From contig NW_021833695.1 of NCBI RefSeq assembly GCF_006345805.1, forward strand, positions 18,784-82,783: a DNA stretch of 64,000 bases. The letters are read 5' to 3'. The notes beneath the pieces are model-generated. The model made no database searches. It was given only the letters and a program-made list of their open reading frames with translations, and was not told the DNA's origin. Below, piece after piece: positions 54,546-64,000 of this stretch (within the stretch, counting starts at the first letter, position 1; the number at the start of each line of letters is the position of its first letter). The position numbers and the translations under genes are program-made. Origin of the DNA: Octopus sinensis (Eukaryota).

Positions 54546-55301
54546 ATTATGTATGTTTACATGGATGAATGTATGTATATATGTATATATAGGAATTCAT
54601 TTTCAAAACAAAATGGTTGTATTGTAAATAAAATACGTAAATAACTTTGCTACTACAATCATCTTTGCCACATCAAATTACAATACATGATTTATTCAAA
54701 TATTACGGAATAATTCAATTGTCAAAACAGATCACAGTAAAAGCCCCAGACAGCAGACGGTCGGCGGCCATATTGTAGTTTTTGTTGTACCCACTTTAAA
54801 TTTTCTAGTTTTCTAACTGTTATTTCCTTACCGCTATTCATAATTTCAGTGAGAGTTTCTCATTTTCACCCTCTCTCTCACTCTGCGTTTCTCTCTCTCT
54901 CCTCTCTCACCCTGTGTTTCCCTCTCTCTCTATTTCTGTCTTTGGATGCGTGTATGTGTACCTATGTATGTATGTGTGTTGTGTAAGTGTTAGTATGTAA
55001 ACGCGTTCTGTAGTTATATATGTGTGTGCCTTTACATTTCCATGTAGCATTGTGTAGGTGTACAATCAAACACGTACATACACACACGCACATATATATA
55101 TATATATTCGTGCATTCATACCTGCACACATATACACATAATTCCATACTTTTAAACGCAGTGCTTTGTCAGTGCACTCATGCATATCTACACATATTCA
55201 CATATGCACAAATATCCGCATATATCTTATATATATATATATATATAATGTGTGTATATATATGTATGTATAGATATGTATATATATGTTTATTATATAT
55301 A

Positions 55302-55341
<40 letters not shown>

Positions 55342-56069
55342 ATATATATATATGTATGTCTGTATTATATATATATATAATATATATATATATATGAATG
55401 TATTATATACAAACGTAGAAAGTTTGATGCATTATTTGCCTCCACGCATGCGGGATACTTTGTTTCTCATACCTATATATATTCATACGAATATACGCAC
55501 ATATTTTGCTTGTATATACATATAAATATGCGTGCTTGTCTGTCTGTAGGTGTATTTGGATGCATCAATTTATTTATATGTTGGTGTTTGTAAGTGTTTC
55601 CGGGTGTAGGTATGCGTTCTTGGAGATATTTATGAATATTTATTCTTACTTCGTTGAGGATGGGTAAAAAAAATTATACCTACCCACACACATTTATGTG
55701 CACACATTTGATACATCATTAAATATCCGTGTGTTTGTGTATAAATATGTGTATGCATGTATGTATGTGTGTGTGTGATATACAAAAATATGTTTATATA
55801 TTTATATATATTTTTTGTACATATAATATATACATACATATAATACATACATTATACATATATGTATATATATATATATTATATATATTATATACATTAT
55901 ACATATATATATCTATATATATATTTGTACATATATATATATAATATATATGTATATATACACACATATATGCATATAGATAGGTAGATAAACACAGATA
56001 TTTGTGCGTGTGTTTGTGCATGTTTATTATATAGATGTATATATATATATACAATACACACACACAAGC

Positions 56070-56119
<50 letters not shown>

Positions 56120-56360
56120 TTATGGCTTACATATACTCATACTTACATCAACACATACGTACATGCATTCCATACATATATACATACATACGATACATGC
56201 AGAGTCGTCACATACACACATACATACATACGTACATACATATACATGCATACATACATACATACATACATACATACTACATACATACATACATACATAC
56301 ATATATACATATATACATACATACATACATACATGCATACATGCATACATACATAAACAG
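54320..56360. repeat. Microsatellite-dense block: (TA)n, (CATA)n, (TG)n
   Basis: Seen directly, with short unique interruptions. Confidence 0.88.
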
Positions 56361-57303
56361 ACACTTTTGTATTTGCTGTATATTTGATCTTGTTTTAACC
56401 ACTTTCCAACCATAATGACTTCGATAAGAAAGATTGTATTGTTCCTGCTCGTTTCTTATAGAAAGGAGTACATCTTTTTACATCTCCGTGTGGAGACAGA
56501 ATGTCTGATCTGGTACCATTTGATTCTATCACATATTCGAAGTGAAAGCCGTCATTCTGGAGAAAATCTTCTTGACTTGTGATTCCAGTGAATCGTACTC
56601 GCAGATGGTAGAGTGATCTTCTCCATATTTGTTTTTTTTTATTCTTCATTTTATTTTATGTTATTTTATGATATTTTATTTATTTATTTATTATTGCTTT
56701 TTTTTTTTTTTGCTTGAGCAGCACAGGAAACTATTCTTGTTGTAAGTTAATATTTGTTGAACTTAGATGTAATTAGGTGGGAAGGCGAGGTCTATTTATT
56801 TGCTTTTGTTCTTTTACCAACAGCACCAAACAACCAGCCGAACCAACCAACCAACCAGCCAGCCAACCAGTCAACCAACCCATCCAACTCAGGATCTGTC
56901 CGCCATGAGTGTTCCATATTGTATGCTTTCTATGTTATAGCAATGTCCCCCATTAGCATTGCTAAACCAACATCACGCTGACGCTCTTCTCCACCGTGAC
57001 TTTCCAAAGCGCACACGCATAGACACATACATACACACTCACAGCCACGTATGTACACACTTGCTCGGGTATGAACACACTAGCACAAAGATGCACATAT
57101 TTAAATACACAAACATCCAATGACTTGAAGCATAATTCTTTGAGTAGAAAGTAGAAAAATAACCAAATTTCGATAAGGATTTGTGTGAATTTTTACAGAA
57201 TACTCCCACGCAAACATATGTGTACACACACACACACACACACGCGCGCATGCACGCACAAACATATAGATATTGTGTGTGTGTATATATATATGTGTGT
57301 ATA

Positions 57304-57369
<66 letters not shown>

Positions 57370-57372
57370 ATA

Positions 57373-57409
<37 letters not shown>

Positions 57410-57496
57410 GTGTGTTGTGGTTTGTGTGTGTGTGTGTGTGTTTATATATATATTGTGTGTAAAATGTTGTGTGTATATAATATATATATATTCTAT

Positions 57497-57806
57497 GAAG
57501 GAAGGAACCTTCGCCGGTTACGACGACGAGGTTCCTAGCTGATACGATCAACGGAACAGCTTGCTTGTGGAATTAACGTGCAAGTGGCTGAGCACTCCAC
57601 AAACACGTGTACCCCTAACGTAGTTGTCAGGAAGATTCAGCATGACACAGAGTGTGACAAGGCTGACCCTTTGAAATACAGATACTACTCTGGAGCAACG
57701 GGAAATAAAATGTCTTGTTCAAGGACACAATGCGTCGCAGGTAATTGAACTCACGACCTTAAAATCGTGAGCCGAATGCCCTAACCACTAAGCCACGCGC
57801 CTTCAC
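57497..57806 (-). mobile_element. SINE family D with long 3' domain
   Basis: Seen: head ctaaccactaagccacgcgccttcac, CORE-like tgtcttgttcaaggacaca, then tgacaaggctgaccctttgaaatacag. Confidence 0.85.
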
Positions 57807-57961
57807 ATATATGTATATATACTTTTTTTTTATTACATCTGCCAAATCATCGCATTCATCGGACAGTTGCGATCAAGAATGGAATAAAATAGCACATGGT
57901 AAATATGATTCCATATAATCCAATTTGACGAGTAGGCATTTCAATTTGATTGGGTAAATTG

Positions 57962-58007
<46 letters not shown>

Positions 58008-58036
58008 CATACACACATATATATATAGATATTGAT

Positions 58037-58107
<71 letters not shown>

Positions 58108-58433
58108 TACATACAAACATACATACATACATACATATACACACATATACTTTTAATAAAGCTACAATATCTTCCCAAACTGTTACTCAGAGTTTCACCC
58201 ACCCGTTCATGGGGAAGTTGTGATCATACTATCTAAGCATAATCTTTCAGCTTTAAAAAAGCATACTACTCTACCTTTGGTATTCGAGTACAATTTTCGA
58301 GTACAATATATATACATATAAACGACGGAATTCTTTCAGTTTCCGTCTACCAAATCCACTCACAAGGTAGCTAAATGTTGCTTAAGTTTCCCAGGATTTA
58401 ATTCCAGGATAGTAAGTCATATTTAGTAGAAAA

Positions 58434-58956
58434 TAGGAAAATTGAAAGCTCGGGATGTCGTTAAACCATTTATATGAAATATAAATACGTTAGAAATATT
58501 AAATTTCTAAATCTCTCATAGAGATATGTACGGTGGTGGGGCGATAAGATGGTTGTATACTGTCAATCTAACGTGAACGTTATTTAGCCCTAGGAAGCAT
58601 CGACGCTTCCTGCTGGCTTCGACACATTTTTTCCTGTCGAAGCCACAGGAAGCGTCGATGCTTCCTAGGGCTAAACAGCGGTGGTGTAACCTCCTACTGT
58701 CACGTTCACGTTAGATTGACAGTATACAACCATCCCATAAATACGTTAGATTTTATAGGAATTTCTATTTTTGTTTACATGTCTGTTTGTTGAGTTTGTT
58801 ATTTATATCCATTCTGATGAGATGGATGCATAGCTGACCAGAAGTTATCTTTTAGGACATTTTTGGAACGCATACGTCGAAACATATGAAGATGACTTTA
58901 AGATATAAATGGTTTAACAAAATCTCGAGCGTTCGTCTCCTTATTCAATTTTCCTA
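58434..58956. mobile_element. Triple-nested inverted-repeat element with hammerhead-like motif
   Basis: Seen: outer arms 58434-58475/58903-58956, perfect 33-bp arms 58548-58580/58702-58734, 41-bp arms 58583-58624/58635-58675 with one bulge. Confidence 0.9.
58809..58896 (+). ncRNA. Hammerhead-like motif with extended stem II, mutated cleavage site
   Basis: Seen: CTGATGA (58814-58820), stem II gatggatgc/gcatacgtc, GAAA (58879-58882), CATATG palindrome, then AA where UH is required. Confidence 0.5.
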
Positions 58957-59080
58957 TATATGTATACAAATATGCATTAGATCATAAGATTCATTCGCAG
59001 GTAAGAATGCAGGCAGATGGGCAGGCAGGTAGGTGGGTATGTGGATTGGTAGCTCGTTAGCTAGTTAGTTAGGTAGGTAG

Positions 59081-59372
59081 GTTTGTTCCTTGTCGAGCCA
59101 TGCCTGGCTCATAAGGGCCGGTTTCCAGGTTTCCTTGGCGTATAAGTTCCCCACCTAAACGGGACGCCGGTCCGTCGCAGGTGAGCTGCAAGATGCAGGA
59201 GGAAAGAGTGAGAGAAAGTTGTGGCGAAAGAGTCAGCAGAAGTTCGCCATTACCTTCTGCCGGAGCTTAGGTGTTTCGTTCATAAACACACACATCGCCC
59301 GGTCTGAGATTCGAACCCCCGATCCCTCAACCGCTAGTCTGCTGCTCTAACCACTAGACCATGTGCCTCCAC
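59081..59372 (-). mobile_element. SINE family C, full length
   Basis: Seen: head ctctaaccactagaccatgtgcctccac, gagattcgaaccc, V-like gggacgccggtccgtcgcag. Confidence 0.9.
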
Positions 59373-60154
59373 ACACGTTGGTAGATAAGTATGTATATAT
59401 GTACGTTTAACAATCACATCCATATCTTCAGATGCATACAAAATACATTAAATTTTCTTTGCCCTTATTGAACACCATCAGAGGAAATGAAACATCCATA
59501 CACATGTTTATATGTACACATTCACAGACATACACACACACACACGCACGCACGCAAACACACATACATATATTATATAATACATATGTACGTGTCCCCT
59601 TAATACATTGATACACATACATACATATATATATATATTATATATGTTATACATGTGTGTGTGAATATATTAGGGACTATATGTGTGTCTCTGTGTATGT
59701 GCAAGTATGCATGAACGGCGGAATAAACATGGTGAGATGATGAATGATACAGGTGTAGTGTATAAGAAGAGAGAAAGAGGGAGAGGGAGGGAGAGAGAGA
59801 TGGAGAGGAAGAGAAATAGGGGGCGAGATCGAGAGAGAGAGGGGGAGAGGGAGAGAGAGAGGCGGATAAAGCATATAATATCTATGACATTGGGTAACTC
59901 GAGTGATAAGGAAATGGAGAATGTTATAGCAAATATTATTACATTGTGAGACAAAAAGTCAAGCAGAGAAAGAGAAGAAATTGGAAAGATGGATTGGGGT
60001 GTATATATTTATATATGGAGTAGAAGAATTAAGAAAGAGACATATAAGGAGAGTAGGAGATAAAAGAATAATGCTGAAAGTAACGAAGTTGATTTAAGTC
60101 GAGGAGTGGAAGTCACCACGAAAGAGACAGGTGTGTTTTATGTGCAGGTGAAAC

Positions 60155-60169
60155 TATAGATAGATAGAT

Positions 60170-60206
<37 letters not shown>

Positions 60207-60336
60207 TAGACAGACAGACAGAGAGTTAAGTAGACAGATAAATATATATATATATAGAGAGAGAGAGGCAGACAGACAGACAAATAATAGACATAGATAG
60301 ATTGATAGAGAGAAAAATAGATAGATAAATAAATAG

Positions 60337-60369
<33 letters not shown>

Positions 60370-60590
60370 TAGAAAAATAGATAGATAGATAGATACATAC
60401 ATACATACATACTACATGCATGCATACAAACATACATACATACATACATGCATGCATGCATGCATACATACATACATACATACATACATACATACATACA
60501 TCCATAGATACATTCATCCAACCATCCATCCATCCATCCATACATACATACATCCATACATGCATTACATACATGCATACATACATAGTT
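60155..60590. repeat. (AGAT/AGAC)n, (CATA)n and (CCAT)n microsatellites
   Basis: Seen directly. Confidence 0.95.
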
Positions 60591-60818
60591 TTTCGAATTT
60601 CCTAGTAAAAATCTTCCAAAGACATTGGTAAGTAACTTTTTGAAAAACTCGTAAATCATTTAGTTATAATAAATATGCCCAGCGTTAGAATTTTCTAACT
60701 TTGTTTATTGAGTCATTCATCTTATCCCAAGTTCTTTGTTCTAGCGATCGAAACGCACGTATAAACATACATACACCCACCCACGCATATACACACGTAC
60801 ATATAGATTTAATAAATA

Positions 60819-61070
60819 TAAATGCGCCCTTTTAAAGCCTAGCCAGGCTCATGTTCCCGCGTTCCCGGTTTCAATGGCGTATGTGTTCACCAGCTGGACG
60901 GGACGCGAGTCTGTCGCAGCGTTACTCTTTTTTGCCAGCTGAGTGGACTGGAGCAACGTGAAACGAAGTGTTTTGCTCAAGAACACAACGCGTCGCCCGG
61001 TCCAGGAATCGAAACCACAATCTTACGATCATGATGCTGACACCCTAACCACTAAGCCACGTGCCTCCAC
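60819..61070 (-). mobile_element. SINE with tRNA head, CORE-like, V-like modules and family C tail
   Basis: Seen (minus): gtggaggcacgtggcttagtggttagg, ttcttgagcaaaacacttcgtttcacgttgctccag, ctgcgacagactcgcgtcccgtccag, ttaaaagggcgcattta. Confidence 0.9.
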
Positions 61071-61245
61071 ACACACATACGCACACACACACACACACAT
61101 ATGTATATAATATATATATATATGTATGTATGATGTATGTATGTATGTATGTATGTATGTACTAAACCACGCGACACCACACATACATTTAAACGCACAC
61201 CTATACGCATAATTACACATATATATACATATTATATGTATATAA

Positions 61246-61311
<66 letters not shown>

Positions 61312-62253
61312 ATTTATATATACACATACGTACACACACTTGCACACGCAAACGCCCCAAACTAACAGTCTGACACGCAGAGGAATTTATGAAATACCGT
61401 AATTGGTGAGGAAAGTAATGGAAAATAGAGAGGGGAAGAGATAAAAAAGATCGAGAGAAGGGAGCTAAATGCACTTGTAAATAAACAGTATGTGCGTTTT
61501 ATCGTACATGATTGTGTATTTATATACATACATATATATATATATATGTAATGTGTAGATATATGTAATGTGTAGATGACATAAATGAGACGAATGCATG
61601 AGCACAATATGATAGAGGTGAGAAAAAAAAAATTAGTTTTTTTTTTTTTTTTCTAAAATGTGAAAAACATGGCAAGAACCGGAAGAATATTCCTTTAAAA
61701 AAAAAAACGTCTGAATATAAAAAAAAAATTGAAGGCAATTTTCCAAATTGGGTTAGACAGCTGATTTCTTGTAAATGGTCCTTTTATTTAACTCTTACCA
61801 ATTACAGTCGGTTTGAACATTACAGATAGGGGGGAGTGTGGGGTGATTAAATAATCGTCATGTCTGATATTGTTATAGTCACTATTACTGCTGCTGCTGC
61901 TGCTGCTGTTGTTGTTGCTGTTGTTGTTGTTGTTGTTGTTGTTGTTTTACTTGCTAGTGATGGTGGTTGCGATATTGCTCCAAGTGTTGATGTGCATTGC
62001 CGCTGATAGTTATATGATGTGGATAATTTTGTTGTTGTTGGTGTTGTCGGTGGAGGTAGTCGGAATGTTTATTCTTGTTATCTCCTGTTATTTTGCTGAA
62101 GCAGTGGTGGTGGTGATGGTGGTGGTGGTGGTGTTGACGACGGCGGTGGCGATAGTGTTGACGACGGTGGTGGTGGTGGTGGTGGTGGCGTCGGTGGTAG
62201 TGAAGGTGATGGTGATAATCTAATTTTTCTTGACACTATCGATATTGTTGTTC

Positions 62254-62422
62254 GTGAAGGCGCTTGGCTTAGTGGTTAGATATTTGGCTCACGATCCTAA
62301 CGTCGTGAGTTCAATTCCTGGCGAGCATTATGTCCTTGAGCAAGACTCTTTATTTCAGATTGCTCCAGACCACTCAGCTAGCAAAATGAGTTGCATCTGT
62401 ATTTCAGGTACCTTGTCACATT
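62254..62422 (+). mobile_element. SINE family D 5' part
   Basis: Seen: gtgaaggcgcttggcttagtggttag, gagttcaattcc, gtccttgagcaagactctttatttcagattgctccag. Confidence 0.88.
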
Positions 62423-62926
62423 AAAATAGTAAAATGAGTTGCACCTGTATTTCAGGTACCTTATCACATTCAGCTAGCAAAATGAGTTGCACCTGCATTT
62501 CCGGTACCTTGTCACATTCAGCTAGCAAAATGAGTTGCACCTGCATTTCAGGTACCTTGTCACATTCAGCTAGCAAAATGAGTTGCATCTGTATTTCAGG
62601 TACCTTGTCACATTCAGCTAGTAAAATGAGTTGCACCTGCATTTCAGGTACCTTGTCACATTCAGCTAGCAAAATGAGTTGCACCTGTATTTCAGGTACC
62701 TTATCACATTCAGCTAGCAAAATGAGTTGCACCTGTATTTCAGGTACCTTGTCACATTCAGCTAGCAAAATGAGTTGCACCTGTATTTCAGGTACCTTGT
62801 CACATTCAGCTAGCAAAATAAGTTGCACCTGTATTTTAGGTACCTTATCACATTCAGCTAGCAAAATGAGTTGCACCTGTATTTTAGGTACCTTGTCACA
62901 TTCAGCTAGCAAAATGAGTTGCACCT
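62375..62926 (+). repeat. 48-bp minisatellite, 11.5 copies, SINE-derived
   Basis: Seen: unit cagctagcaaaatgagttgcacctgtatttcaggtaccttgtcacatt at 62375 + 48n, with 0-4 substitutions per unit and no spacers. Confidence 0.97.
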
Positions 62927-63320
62927 TAGGCAAATGTCTTCTTCTATAGCCTCGGGCCGACCAAAGCCTTGTGAGTGGATTTGGCAGAGGGAAACTGAAA
63001 GAAGCCCGTCGTATATATATAATATATATATTATATATATATATATATAATATATATATATGTGTGGTTGTGTGTATGTTATGTGGTATTTATGTATGTA
63101 TGTATTTGTATGTTTGTGTGTCTGTGTTTGTCCCCCCCAGCATCGCTTGACAATCGATGCCGGTGTGTTTATGTGCCTGTAACTTAGTGGTTCGGCAAAA
63201 GAGACCGATAGAATAAGTACTAGGCTTACAAAGAATAAGTCCTGGGGTCGATTTGCTCGACTAAAGGCGGTGCTCCAGCATGGCCACAGTCAAATGACTG
63301 AAACAAGTAAAAGAGTAAAC
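62921..63320 (+). mobile_element. SINE family B body lacking its tRNA head, fused to the minisatellite
   Basis: Seen: gcaccttaggcaaatgtctt...gaaacaagtaaaagagtaaa. Confidence 0.92.
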
Positions 63321-63953
63321 GTGTAAAGATGGAAATGAATTCTTATAATTTAAGAAATTCGAGTGATGATTGATGGCATGGATGCTTTGCATAATGTCTT
63401 GCAGAAAAGCACAAAACTTGTACACAAAAAATTTTCTTTTCGTATTCAGGAACCAGGTGGATTATTTGCCCATTCACTGCATGGAAAAAAAATCAAGGAA
63501 AACATTGTAAGGATACCTCTTTTGAGGGTAACCCCGACGCACATGAAATAATTAATCAAACCCTTTTCAAACTATACAATAGTGTCATAAGCCAAGGAAT
63601 TCTAAACTGGACACCAACATTACAGGTTAATTAAACATTCATCAAAGATATATATTCTACACTGAAAACACTCGTTATTTGCTTGAAAATAAACAATATT
63701 GAACATCCCATTTCTTTTATCTTCAGATAACCAGGAGTTGGCTAACAAGTGCATCCAACATCGTTTAAGACTTTAGTATATAATTTTGCTGTTGTTTCTA
63801 ACATGTCGCACACCCACTGGGAGTTTTCCCACGTACGTTTATTATTTTTGTTTGTAGTTTGTCTAATTGTAGTTCACTGTTTATTTTTATTGGTCTCGGT
63901 ATGTGTGTAAGTTTCTGATTATTTGCCCATCTGCCTGTGTGTTCCTGCTTGTC

Positions 63954-63993
<40 letters not shown>

Positions 63994-64000
63994 GGTGTGT

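Noticed and set aside
62375-62926. CRISPR-like array or repeat-protein gene (ORFs 62421..62933 and 62434..62949)
   Set aside because: Contiguous 48-bp units with no unique spacers and no cas genes. The unit derives from a SINE, and the frames are open only because the unit is 16 stop-free codons.

Overview
AT-rich, microsatellite-saturated animal DNA. The SINE, LINE and Penelope content points to a coleoid cephalopod, probably Octopus (inference). I recognise no host protein-coding gene, rRNA, functional tRNA or CRISPR array; almost every ORF in the supplied track is translated microsatellite. The window is a transposon graveyard. It holds a full-length but inactivated DD34D mariner with TIRs (6691-7990), an internally deleted second mariner, a Tc1/maT fragment, two hAT-like MITEs, Dong/R4 and RTE LINE relics and a Penelope GIY-YIG fragment. 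It also holds about 40 tRNA-derived SINE copies built from shuffled modules. The family labels A-D are my own. The most interesting signal is about nine hammerhead-ribozyme-like motifs in short (TA)n-flanked or inverted-repeat elements; two look near-intact (52705-52743 minus, 12895-12954 plus). Other leads are a triple-nested palindrome with a hammerhead at 58.4-59.0 kb, SINE multimers with the same junction at two loci, and a 48-bp minisatellite born from a SINE at a chimeric junction. Hammerheads in Penelope-like elements are known in general, so novelty here is unproven. Boundaries of degenerate repeats are approximate and were read by eye.
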